A stretch of 64,000 bases of DNA from NCBI RefSeq assembly GCF_018977255.1, contig NW_024704743.1, positions 102,240,001-102,304,000 of the forward strand. The letters are read 5' to 3'. Source of the stretch: Callorhinchus milii (lineage: Eukaryota). Positions 51,715 through 63,360 of this stretch are shown piece by piece. The translations under genes and the position numbers were made by a program. Below the pieces are notes generated by a model. The model did not search any database. It was not told where the DNA came from and worked only from the letters and a program-made list of their open reading frames with translations. Every line of letters begins with the position of its first letter. Position 1 is the stretch's first letter.

Positions 51715-52585
51715 TGGCTCTGTTGGTAGCACGCTCGTCTCTGAGTCTGAGGTTTGTAGGTTCAAGCCCTACATCCCGACTTGAAATTCACATAGTGTAA
51801 GAAGACACTTCAATAGAGGGCTGGGTGTGTGCTGCATTGTCAGAAGTGCTATCCTTCATGTAAACCAAGGCCCCTCTTCACTTTCAGGTGGACGGTAAAA
51901 ATCCCATGTTACTACTAGAAAAGAGATGGTAGTTTCTCTCAGTGACTTGGCCCCTAAAACAAAATTGGTCACTCTCTACGTGGGTGTTTGTGAAACTTTT
52001 TTGTGAGCACATTTCACCCACAAAACACACAGTCACACTTTTCAGTACATCCTTTTACAGTACTACCAGCTATGTGGAGTCCTGTAGCTCAATGGTTAGA
52101 GCACTCGCCTCGCAATTAAGAGACCTGGGTTCAATTCCCGGCAGGATAAAACGTTGGGCAAGTTTACTTACTCCACATAGCTCTTGTTTACCTAACGGGT
52201 AAGTAGGAAATGGTTGTTAGTTGATTGGCAGATTGCTTTTCCGGGGGTGGTAATTCCTTCAAAAAAATAATAATAATAAATTGTTCACTTAAATTCACAA
52301 CTGTTTGTGGGAAACTGCTGTGTGCAATTAGCTGCCAAGTTTCACTCACAAAATATATACAGTCAATTCACTTTACAGTATATTCTGTGAAGTGTTCTGA
52401 GAGGTCTCGAAGATATGATAAGGGGCTATATGAAATGCAAGGAATATTATCATCATGATGGCGACTGTCTTCTCAACCAACTAAATCTCTGCTTTTTATC
52501 ATTATTATCCTGTGAAGGACTTTGGGACAATCCATTCGACATGAAAGGCACAATCCCAAATGTAAGGATTATTTATTATTATTGT
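51715..52585 (+). mobile_element. Old Deu-domain SINE hosting a younger SINE
   Basis: Head ggctctgttggtagcacgctcgtctctgagtc; core taaaccaaggcccc; the tail resumes at ~52508 with atcctgtgaaggactttgggac. Confidence 0.82.
52075..52450 (+). mobile_element. tRNA-derived SINE, long variant, full length
   Basis: tggagtcctgtagctcaatggttagagc...gggttcaattccc...gtttacctaacgggtaagtagg...atgcaaggaatattat. Confidence 0.93.
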
Positions 52586-52920
52586 TAGTGAAAGGTGTTC
52601 TCATTCTATCCTGTGATATTGCTGGAACATTTAAGTTTATGATCATCCAATGAGATAGAATCCGCCTGAACTGTGATTTCATCCCCTGCCCCCAACTCAA
52701 TAATTATTCTGTTGAGTGCTAACACATCATGTGAGTGAAGAATGCCATTTAATTGAGGTACCAGAAGACTGGCAACATCTGGGCAATAAGACATTGTGAA
52801 TCACTGCCTATAGGAGGGTCTGGAAATTGCAGGAAGCAGGGACATTTCATCATCTTAGTCATTGGTTCTGAAGTATGTTTACCAGTTTAAGTGCTATGGG
52901 ATGCTACCCTGCATGGAAGG

Positions 52921-53675
52921 CAACGACAACAACAACAAGATTCCATTTATAGAGCGCCTTTCACGTCGGGAGGATGTCCCAAGGCGCTGTACAGTTGGGT
53001 CAGGACCCGAGCAAGGGGAAAATGGTCAGGGTGAGGGGAGGGAAGGGAGGGAGCGAGGAGGGGGTAGAGAGTCGAGAGGGGAGCTGAAGGCACGGTCAAA
53101 GAGAAAGGTCTTGAGACCGGCCTTGAAGGAGGAAAGGGAGGAAGCAAGGCGAAGGCACTGGAGGATAGAGTTCCAGAGCCTAGGAGCTGAGAGGCTAAAG
53201 GCCCGGCCACCGATGTTGGGGCGGGGGATGTGGAGCAGACCAGAGCCAGAGGAACGGAGGGTACGGGCAGGTAGATAGGGGGTTAGTAGGTCGGAGAGGT
53301 AGGAGGGAGCAAGGCCGTGAATGGCCTTGTAGGTGAGGATGAGGATCTTGAAATCGATCCTCTGGGGGATGGGGAGCCAGTGGAGGCGAGCGAGGGTGGG
53401 AGTGGTGTGGTCCCGAAGCCTGGTGCGGGACAGTACACGAGCTGCAGAGTTCTGAATGACCTGCAGCTTGTGGAGGGAGGTGCCGGGAAGGCCGGCGAGG
53501 AGAGAGTTCCCATAGTCCAGCCTTGAACTGATAAAGGCGTGGACCAGAGTTTCAGCAGCGTGAGGGGTGAGGTAGTGCCGTAGTCTGGCGATATTCCGGA
53601 GGTGATGGAAGGCGGTGCCAGTTGTGACGCGGATATGGGGGAGAAAGGACAGCTCAGGGTCGAGCAGAACACCGA
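52921..53675 (-). mobile_element. Young L2 LINE, 5'-truncated, uninterrupted ORF2 C-terminus
   Basis: Reverse frame reads GVLLDPELSFLPHIR...SRLDYGNSLLAGLP...LHWLPIPQRIDFKIL...LKTFLFDRAF with no stop; CpG-rich; (TTG)n tail. Confidence 0.97.
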
Positions 53676-55156
53676 ACTATATAAATGCAAGTTGTTGTTG
53701 AAATAACAACAGTTGCCTATTTTGTGCACATTGAATAGTGGTTATACAAGAAGGAATGAATGAATTGTAAGGATAATTGTTATTATTAATTATCAGCCTG
53801 TTTAGAGGAATATAGGGATTGGAGCAGAGTAGGCCAGTCCATTTGGAATGTCTGAAATACTCTACAATATTCTTTCTCTTCAGCTCATCCACCTCTTGCA
53901 CCTAGTTAATATACAATACATAAAACACCTTTGATGTCAGGAGGAGTCTCAAAGCACATTCACAGTACTGGAACAGATGACCTAAACCATGGTCAGAGTT
54001 TATTTGAGTGATAAGTTATGAAGATTGATAAAAACGTTAGTTACTTGAAAAGAGATGTCTCAAAGGAGATGTTATATGATGCTGAAAGTAAATCCAGACA
54101 GTGCTTTCAGAAATGCCAGCACAAGAGTAGCACAAGAGGACATAAGGTTGTTAATAGGGAATGTTAGGACTGACACCAGAAAGCATTTATTTGTATGCAG
54201 TAATAATAATAATCCTTGCATTTGATATAGTGTCTCTCTCAACAAGAGCATATCTCAAAGCGCTTCACAGGACATAACTGTAAAGTGCAGTGACAGTGTA
54301 TTGTGTTCTTTATTTGAACCTCTCTTGTCGCCTTCAGACCTAGCAAGGAAAGCAAGAGAGCTGTTTTAAAAATATATAACCACAATATAATTGACCCCTA
54401 TTCTATTGAATAGATGTAAAAATAAACAACTGGGGGTAGATATGCGATAATGATTGATTTATAATACTTATTTTTAAATTATCTGAGGTGATTTTCCATG
54501 AAAATAACAAATGCATTGCTGCACTAAAATGTAAAAATGTTTTCATGAAGGAATGGTTCGCCTGATATCATCTATTGAAAGTTTCAATTTCAATTGAATT
54601 CTGTGTGGCAATGCTGGCTTAGGTTTGCTCCAACAAGGATTGAGTGTGAAACGTATGAAAATCCTCCACCATTTCCAAATGAATTCACATCATAATTTCA
54701 GATCTTGGTTTTGTCCTTGCTGTGTATGCAAAATCATAATGAAGAACATCAAATTAACACTGAGCACTGTAAAGGAATGGATTTGTGTGACATTTCTCCT
54801 ATGTATGACAACCGTTCAACTCTCAAAAGGTGACAGTAGACTGAAAGTCATTCTGTGCTCTGCATGTTTTTATTATTCATCAAATGCATGATTTTTATCC
54901 ATGAACAGCAACTGTGAAATCTCTCCAAGCAGCAAATTACATCTCCCATCCAGAGCATAAACCATGCCATGTTACTTCACTCTTGGGAGGGTAGAGGGAA
55001 GTTTAACCCAGGACAGAAGGTCCAGGGAAGTTCATTCTCCTTGGCCCAATTGCTTTGTCAACTCCTATGTAATGACACATAAATATTAATATTACAATAT
55101 ATGGGAATAACTGTTATCACACATTATGGCAAAATAGCAACAACTTAATAATGAAA

Positions 55157-55445
55157 GTAATAATCCTTCCATTTGTTTTAGTGTCAGAAGGACATTTCAA
55201 AGCACTTTATAGGATTTTACTGTGAAGTGTAGTGACTTTAATTTTCAGGCAAACATGGCAGCCAATTTGCACACAAGTAGTAGGTTGGGATCTTTAATGT
55301 CATGTGAACAGATAAATGGAACCTCAGTTTAATATCTCATCTGAAAGACGGTACCTCCAACACTGCAGTTCTTCCTCAGCACTGTATTGGAGTATCAGCA
55401 AAGTCTGTGAGTTGAAAGTGCAAACATACTGATCCATTCACTGAC
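55157..55445 (-). mobile_element. Old Deu-domain SINE
   Basis: ggcagccaatttgcacac...gggatctttaatgtc...cctcagtttaatatctcatc. Confidence 0.8.
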
Positions 55446-55764
55446 ATCTTAGGGCATCACACATTTGTCACTGCTTTAATGAAATAGTTGAAGCTTGATA
55501 ATACTAGTACCCCCTGATGAGCAACATGTTCTCTTTATTTCTGTAACACAAATGGCAATAAAAGTATGTGCACTAATCCCACTTGGCAGCAGCATGCTTG
55601 TAAGTGCTTAAGCACATAACCGTCTGCTGGGCCCAAAATTACCCTGACAGATGTGACATGACTTATTTATTTTATGTGTTGAACTAAAATGTGATTACCA
55701 AAGTGAAGAAACAATTGTTTCATATTTACACTGTGAGTGATGTGGATTGGGGTGGCATCTGCCT

Positions 55765-56075
55765 GGCTCAGTTGGTAGCATTTTTGTCTGTCAGGAGGTG
55801 TGTTGCATTGTCGGAGATGCCATCCTTTGGATGAGAGGTTAAACTAAGGTCCTGTCTGACTGTCCAGGTAGGCATTATAGAACCCACAGCACTAATTGAA
55901 AAGAAAAGGGAGTGCCTCCTGGTGTTCTGGACAACAATTCCCCAAATAAAATTGGTCACTCACTCCATGGCTGTTTGTGGGATATTGCTGTGTGCAATGG
56001 GCTGCTGCGTTTCACCCATAAAATATGCAACCTATCTACTTTATAAAATATCCTATGAAGCATTTTGAGACATCT
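55765..56075 (+). mobile_element. Old Deu-domain SINE (left arm of an inverted pair)
   Basis: ggctcagttggtagca...gatgagaggttaaactaaggtcc...ctgtttgtgggatattgctgtgtgc. Confidence 0.85.
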
Positions 56076-56375
56076 TTACAGAATTTACTGTGATTTGCAG
56101 TGACTGTGTATTTTGTAGGCGAACAGGGAACCAATTTACACACAATGACTCATAGATGGACACGAAATGAATGGCCAATAGTATCTGAGGGATTGTTGGC
56201 CAGGTCATCAGGAGAAATTACCTTCTCTTTTCAAATAGGGCCAAGGGATCCTGAAGGTCCACCCGAAAAGACAGACAGGACTTCGGTTTTGATGTCTCCT
56301 TGAAGGATGATACCTCCAACAATGTAACACATCCCCAGCACTGCATTGGAGTGACAGCCGAGACTAGGAGTTCAA
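56076..56375 (-). mobile_element. Old Deu-domain SINE (right arm of an inverted pair)
   Basis: Reverse complement of the same Deu core: tgttggccagg...gggatcc...acttcggttttgatgtctc. Confidence 0.82.
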
Positions 56376-56789
56376 AGTTTCAATGTACGTTCCCCTGATT
56401 GAGATTTTCCTCAGATCAATATATTTCTTTTTTAAAATAAACTTAACAAATCAATACTTCCACATCAATTAATTTGAAATCCAATGAAGATTGCATGGTC
56501 CTCAGATGTTTTGGCAAATACAGCAACAACAGACACATTCATTTTTTTTGTGTGAATATTATCCTGATGGTAAAAGATTGATTCAAACAATACATTTTCA
56601 ATTTTGCACATCAACTGAACATTCTGTCTATTCACTTTGAGTTTAAAACACAATATCTGAAATAAGTTGTAGACAATTTTTTTAATATTTATACTTTTAC
56701 ATCTGCAATATTTAACTTCGCTTTCCATTTTCACCGAACCTGAAACAATATGGAGCAACTCTCATCTTTATTCCTAGACTTATAATGAT

Positions 56790-57215
56790 ACTTATTCTTG
56801 CATTTGACATAGTAGCTTATCATGTCATCAAAATGTCTCCAAGTGCTTCACAGGACTTACTGTAGAATTTAATGACTGTATATGTTATAGTCAAATGCGA
56901 CAATCATTTTGCTCTCAGCAGTGTCCCACAAACAGCCATGAAGAGAATTATTCATTTTTATATTTGTGAGAAATGTTGGCCAGGATACAGGGAAAGTCTC
57001 CCTTCTCTTTTTGAATAGTGCCTCGGGATCTTTAAAATACACTTAAACATGTAGATGGACCTCTGTTTGACATCACATCTGAAGTACCACACCTTTTATA
57101 ATGAAGCAATCCCACTACATTGCATTGACGTATTAGCCTAGACTGTGAGATCAAAGTCTTGAAGTGGGGATTGAACCCACTTATAACCTTCTGACTCAGA
57201 GATGAGAGCACTACC
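56790..57215 (-). mobile_element. Old Deu-domain SINE, near full length
   Basis: Tail cttgcatttgacatag; head ttgaacccac...ttctgactcagagatgagagcactacca. Confidence 0.85.
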
Positions 57216-57992
57216 AAAAGAGGCAGGCTGACTCTATGGTCAAGTGGAAGCCAATTAAACAATAAGAAGCCTTTAGAGTCTATAACTCTAGATCACAGAA
57301 AAGGGTAGAACTCCACAGAAGTTTGATCTGCATTAACAAAGTCATTACTTGACCAATATTTCCGGTGTCACTCTTTGATAATAACCTTGCCATACTTCTG
57401 AAAATATCAACAGTGTGATAAGCAGCAAGACTTTGATTTTGCACATGAATTTAAACACATTTATGTAAACAGCTATTACATTTTAACAGTGATCCAACAA
57501 TGGGTTCAGATAATGGGAAATCCATAATGTAACAAATAGAGACAAAGATGACCTATGTGGTAACAGGCAATTTATTTACTACTACTGTTTTTACAAATAC
57601 ACATGTAATGATTCCTCTGGGTTCAAAGTTGGTGTAATGGATCAGTGTGAGGGATCTGATATTAGCCACTGACAAATGGCATTTCTTGTTTTGACTCAGA
57701 GAGATTGCCACAACTGAAATAATGACCAATTAAATGTTTCCAATGTTCCTCTTTCTCCTGTTACTGCTCTGTAATGACAGCCATGACATGACAATGCTTC
57801 TTGCTGGGCTAAACCATTTAATTGCATCTCTTAAGTTATCTTTCAGCCAGGCTTAGTGAGGTTGTGGTTTCAAGTCCCATGAAGAAATTACCCGAGATAA
57901 AATTGATCATTCACTTCATAGCTATTTAGCTGGGGCGTTTGTCTACAAAATAAGCAATCACTATACTTAACAATAAATCCTTTGAGTGCCAT

Positions 57993-58400
57993 CCAACAAC
58001 AAGTTGCACTTATATAGCGCCCCCATTGCAGGGTAGTGTCTCAGAGAACTTAAAAGTGGCAGAGCCTGACTCCGAGCCGGGGGAAGGTGGCCGTAAGCAC
58101 AGACGAAGTAGAAGGTTTTCAGGTGGAAATTGAGAAAGGGGAGAAAGGGGGCAAGGTGGAGGGATTGAGGGAGTGTTCCAGAGTTTCGAGGAGTAGTGGC
58201 TGAAAGTATGACCGCCGATGGTGGAGCAGAGGTGCGAAGAACAAGGAGGAGGACAGTGCCAGTCGAGCGGAGGCGTCGGGTGGTGGATTAGGGAGTGAGG
58301 AGGTTGGAGAGGTAGTCAATCTGTAATAGGATGATGGGGAGCCAGAGAAGCCTGACCAGAACTGGTGATATGTGGGTATGGAGTTTGGTCTGGGTAAGTA
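57993..58400 (-). mobile_element. L2 LINE 3' fragment nested in a SINE tail
   Basis: caacaacaagttgcacttatatagcgccc tail; gaccgccgatggtggag (reverse STIGG). Confidence 0.88.
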
Positions 58401-58926
58401 GTCACTTGAAAGGTACTATATCAAATGTTAGGATTTTTTAAGAAATGTGTTCGGACTATTTACATCTGGAACCTGAATGAGACACTTTCTGTATGCAGGT
58501 TGTCTCAATATATGTCAAAGACAAACATGAAATAAAGTTTGTCACCTACCAAATACAACAAATCCTGTGAAACACGTTGAGACGTTCACCTGTTGTGTAA
58601 GACATTGTATCAAATGCCTTGATTGCATTGTTGTTATCATTATTAAATGCTGCTTTGCTGAGGGAACCCATCAGCCACTTGAGGGAGATGGCAGACTTTA
58701 TGACAGCCTTATATTGTGACCTTGTGGAGGAGATTATTTGCTTCATTGTAAAACGCGATCGATAAAGTCCATGTCAGTATCCAAAGTGAGAAGATGCACA
58801 CTGATACAATCCAATTACAGCATAAATTATTGGGCTAGGTACGACTGATACAACAGCTTGTCTGTCCAGACAATCTGCTCCTCAAACTGCTGCAAAACCA
58901 GCAGTGCTCTTTCACACTGCTCTGTG

Positions 58927-59289
58927 GTCTCACAAGCGAGAGGAACTTTCGATTCTCCGAAGTCTCACAAGCGAGAGGCTTCGATTCCCGGCAGGACAAA
59001 ACGTTGGGCAAGTTCCTTATTTCACACGTCTCTGTTTACTAAGCAGTAGGAAGGAATCCGGTTGTTAGTTGATTGGCAGATTGCTTTACCGGGAGTAATA
59101 ATTCCTTCAAAAAAATAGTAATAATAAATTGGTCACTTCGATCCGTGACTTTTTGTGGGACGCTGCCATTCACAACTGGCTGCCGTGTTTTTGCCCACAA
59201 AATATACAATCAATTCACTTTACGTTTTGATGCTTCCCAGAATATACGAAGACATGATAAGGCGCTATATCAAATGCAAGGATTATTAT
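58927..59289 (+). mobile_element. tRNA-derived SINE, long variant, with duplicated 5' segment
   Basis: gtctcacaagcgagagg...ttcgattc occurs twice; tail ggcgctatatcaaatgcaaggattatta. Confidence 0.9.
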
Positions 59290-59799
59290 AATTATGATAA
59301 ACAGTCAGAGCTCTCTTGATTCAGCTGATCAATGAGGTATCAATATCAGGTACTTCTGTTGCTGAAGTGATTCAAAATCTAGTGTAATAACCTGTCCAAC
59401 ACCCTGTCAGCTTATTCTCCATGTTTCTCTGATCTGAATATAGGAGGTGACCAAATTCTACTCCTGAGATCATATAACTTGTCACAGATATTAGTATTGA
59501 AAATGCAGCGTTCACCAAAGAGAGATAGTTAAATATTTGGGTAGTAGATATAGAAAGGGATGTGATGTAAGGGTGGGGAAATGGAATTAAACAATCTGCC
59601 AAGATCTAATAAACTGGTGGAACAGACTTTATGCCTTATGGACTCCTCTTCTCCTATATTCCAAATATGATGCACAATGGGTTCATTGGAACAATACATC
59701 ATCAATTTATTTTTGGTCAGCTGAGTGTTTGACACAAGGGGGACTTCATTACCATGTTTAAGAATATCCAAAGCAGATTGAGAGTTCTGCATATGTATG

Positions 59800-60460
59800 T
59801 CACCTCTGCATGGAAACTGTGCATTGGAATGGAATGCACACTCTTTCCCTGGAGGAACGCATCCTGCTTACCTAATTCCAGAGAGTATTAATTGTAGTTT
59901 GACAAGAGCCACAATGTGAGGATTCCAGAGTATGTGTTGGCGTGCTGCTGAAATGTAACCAGCTAAAACCATATTGCTTGCCACTGAGGGCAATGCTGGC
60001 AAGCATTCCCACTGCTCGAATGCATCAATTTCAAAATTCTCACTTTCAAATCACTTCATGTCCTTGCACCTCCCTATCTTCGATCCGCTCACACCTCACT
60101 TCACTACCGGCTGCTTTCACTTAGCTTGCTACGGTCTTATGCACACCCCTTGTCCCCTCCACTCCTCTGTTGGCAGCCATGCTTTCAGCCATTATGCCTG
60201 AATCTCTGAAACACCCTGCCTCAATCCCTTCATTTGGTCTCCTCTTTGCCTATCTTAAAATCATAACTGAAAACTTTCATCTTTGACCATGCCTTCAGTC
60301 ATCTCCCCTCTTTCCAGATCAGCAAAGCGCCACACCACTATTAAGCACTTTGAGATGCTACCCATGTGAAGGGTGCTATATAAATTCAAGTTGTTGTTAT
60401 CATTGCCCAGCTAAGACAATCAGCCTACCTTTTAGGACTTTGGTTTGCAGGATTAACAGG
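59800..60460 (-). repeat. Unclassified A-tailed repeat, split by an L2 fragment
   Basis: ttggaatggaatgcacactctttccctggagg...ccagctaaaacc; resumes at ~60400 with tttggtttgcaggattaacagg. Confidence 0.8.
60020..60398 (+). mobile_element. Old L2 3' fragment
   Basis: ttcaaaattctcactttcaaatcacttcatg...gctttcagccattatgcc...ctatataaattcaagttgttg. Confidence 0.88.
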
Positions 60461-61941
60461 CCTGTAGAACAGTATACTAATGAAGGAAACAAAGAAACTA
60501 GTAAAGGGGAAATCATTATTAAACAACAAAAGGAGAACATTGTTCTACAAATGTCAAATGCCTGGAAATATGTACATCGAAAACAGCAAAATGAAAATCA
60601 TTAAAATGCAATTTGCCAGGGGCTATGATGCCATAGGATTGACTCTACAGTGGAAAGACAAAGACTTCATGTTGTCATACACAATCTGCATTGACACTGT
60701 TTGAGACTAACACAAAGGGGAAATAATTCATTGGCATGTAAATTGCAGCAATGTCCACATAACAAAATAATTAATCTTACTTTCCTTTCAATAGATGAAA
60801 TATGACATTTTGTGGCTGTCCTGGTAATTACTCAACATTCCAGCTTTTGTTGTTAAAGTTCACAACCTTTAAAACATGACATTATACTATGTAGAAAATC
60901 TGAAAATGTTGCAATTGATTTTTAATTTCAGATAGCATCAGACGTCCGTTGAAGGGAACAATGGAAGTGCATAAAGATTATAAATATTTAACCTAGCAGC
61001 CATGTAATGTCTTGGGGAACTTATCTTATGACAAACAATATGCAGAAACGCAACTTCAGCACCTCCGTGCTGCTTCAAAGTATAGACAAAGAGCTTTTTG
61101 CAAATATAGATTGCAAAATCAAGATAAACTGAATAAATTATCAGTACATTGTTCGAAGAAAATTAATAATCAGATATTTACCCTCAAAGGAAATTGCATT
61201 TCATAGCCTTCTAACCAAAAAAAAAGGCTTGCCGTGAGTTACATTACTAATTAAATGCTCTCCATCCTGGAGATTCCTCACCCTTTCTGTGCCCTTCCTG
61301 ACCACTGTTAAAGCCTCCCTCAAGATGTTTTTCAGTGTTTGCTTGGGGCATTTGGTAGCACTCTCACCTCAGCCCATGTAAGCTGCCACTCTAATGTTGT
61401 CTTAAGAGTGTGCTGCATTGTTGGAGCTGCTGTTTTTCTGATGAGATGTTTAACCAAAGTCTTGTCTGCCTGATCAGCAAGCTTTCATTTCTGTTAACAG
61501 TTTATCTCACCAATGACCTGTGTGGTGTTGTACATAATTCTAAGCTATTCCTTAGGTAGTTTTCATAATTGTGCCACTTTAGGATTTAAACAATAACTTC
61601 AACTTCTGAAGACTCTACAGCTCATGTAGGATCAATCACCAAGTTGTTTGTGTGTAGAAACCAGAATCCTGTCAAAAGAATGTTATTTTGGGTGTGATAA
61701 CTGTCAACGTAATTTATCAACATGCTATAGGTAACATCTTTCCCTCCCCTGACTCTTATCATAAAGATTGAGTCTGAATTCACTGTTGAGCTTTCTTGTC
61801 CACAAATTGATAGATTGGAGAGTTGTTTTACGGGAGACTGGCTTAACTGCTGTGTACTTTGTTGTTGAGTTGTTATCCCTCTAATCGTTGCTAATAATAA
61901 TTATAATGCTAATCATTACTATTAATAATGCTCAGCAGGTG

Positions 61942-62559
61942 GGTGGGGGAGGTGTTAAGCGGGGTCTCCTTAGAGCAGAACTGGTTCCATGGTGAAATGC
62001 CTGGCAACGGAATGTCGGAATTGAGGCAGACCTCTGTGGCAGTCATGGTAGTCTGGTTCCTGAGCTCGGCAGGTCTGCAGTATTCTTGGCACTGCTAATG
62101 TCAGCACAGCCATCCTAGCTGATTGGCAGGACCTGGAAGAGCAGACCATTCACTGGGGGCTGGGAGTCATCCCCCTCAGCACTCATTAACCTTGCAAACC
62201 AAAGCCCTAATGGGTTGGGTGGTCCTAGCTGGACAAACAGTGGGAAAGCTTGCCAGGGACCAATAGCAATGGTAAGCTATACGGTTTTAGCTGGTTAGAC
62301 TCCAGTAGTATCCCAATGCACACTCTGGAGTCCCGAAGCCTTAGCTCTTGTCAACCTGACCTAATACTTCCAGAATTAGATAAGCAAAATGTGTCCCACC
62401 AGGCAGTGAGGGCACATTGCAATGCAACCATCTATCTCTGGAAGCTTCATGTGTAGGTGGGTTGCATGGAAATATCATCTTGGGTTGGGTACACTTTAGC
62501 ATGGTGATGGGTTTACACATGTGGCAGATACCCAGATGAACCCACCTACCCAAAAAAAA
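61942..62559 (+). repeat. Unclassified ~600-bp A-tailed interspersed repeat
   Basis: Colinear with 27795-28405, including the 5' gtgggggaggtg...ggaatgtc segment; ends in A8. Confidence 0.85.
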
Positions 62560-62629
62560 GAAATTGCTGCTGCAATGGCTAAACTCCCTGTTTTTGTGGT
62601 GGAAATTTTCTGTGATATGATAATTATCT

Positions 62630-62930
62630 TCAGAGAGATTAAGGAGAAGGAGGAGGTGGCGGGAACCCTGGTTGCTGATGGACAAAATGTTATTTGTCAC
62701 TTTGATCAAAGCTGTTTCTGTGCTGTGGGCGTCACGGAAACCTGATTAGAGGGTTTGTGAAGGGAATGGCGGGAGAGGAAGGAGCGAAGCTGACTCTTTC
62801 CAGTTCCTAGGAAACGAAGGTTGGAGTTGGGGTGGTAATTTGAGAGCAGGGATGGATCCAGGGAGGATTTTTGAAGAATAGGAGTGATAAAAGCCATTTT
62901 TAAAGGGGGGGGAACAATAAAGGAGGAGAA
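62630..62930 (-). mobile_element. L2 RT fragment
   Basis: ITPILQKSSLDP...NYHPNSNL and IKVTNNIL in ORFs 62706-62897 and 62341-62709. Confidence 0.9.
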
Positions 62931-63064
62931 TTAAACGTCGCTATACAAATGCAAGTTGTTGTTGTTTCAGATTTCCAGCATCTGCAGTATTTTGTGTTTT
63001 GTTGTTTCTGTTGTTGTAATATACACTGGCCCAATTAATGGCTTTATTTATCTACCTGAACAAA

Positions 63065-63360
63065 ACAGCAACATTATCTTGCATTTATACAGCACCCTTC
63101 ACGTGGGATAATGTCTTGCGTGATTATCAGTGACTAAGTCGGGCAAGGTAGAGGGGGATGGGGAATGGAAGAGGTGACCCTATATAGGCATGGTTGAAGA
63201 GGTAGGTTTTAAGGCAGGATGTCAAGCCAGATAAAGAGAGGGCAAAACACAGGGTTAGAAGTAAGGTGTTCCAGGGATTTGGGGTGCAGTGATTAAATTA
63301 TCTGCTACCAATGGGGTTGCAGGTGGGAAAGGAATCAAGCAACAAGCCTGAGTTAGAAGA
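63065..63360 (-). mobile_element. Old L2 3' fragment
   Basis: cttgcatttatacagcacccttcacgtgg tail; ggttgaagaggtaggttttaaggc. Confidence 0.75.
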
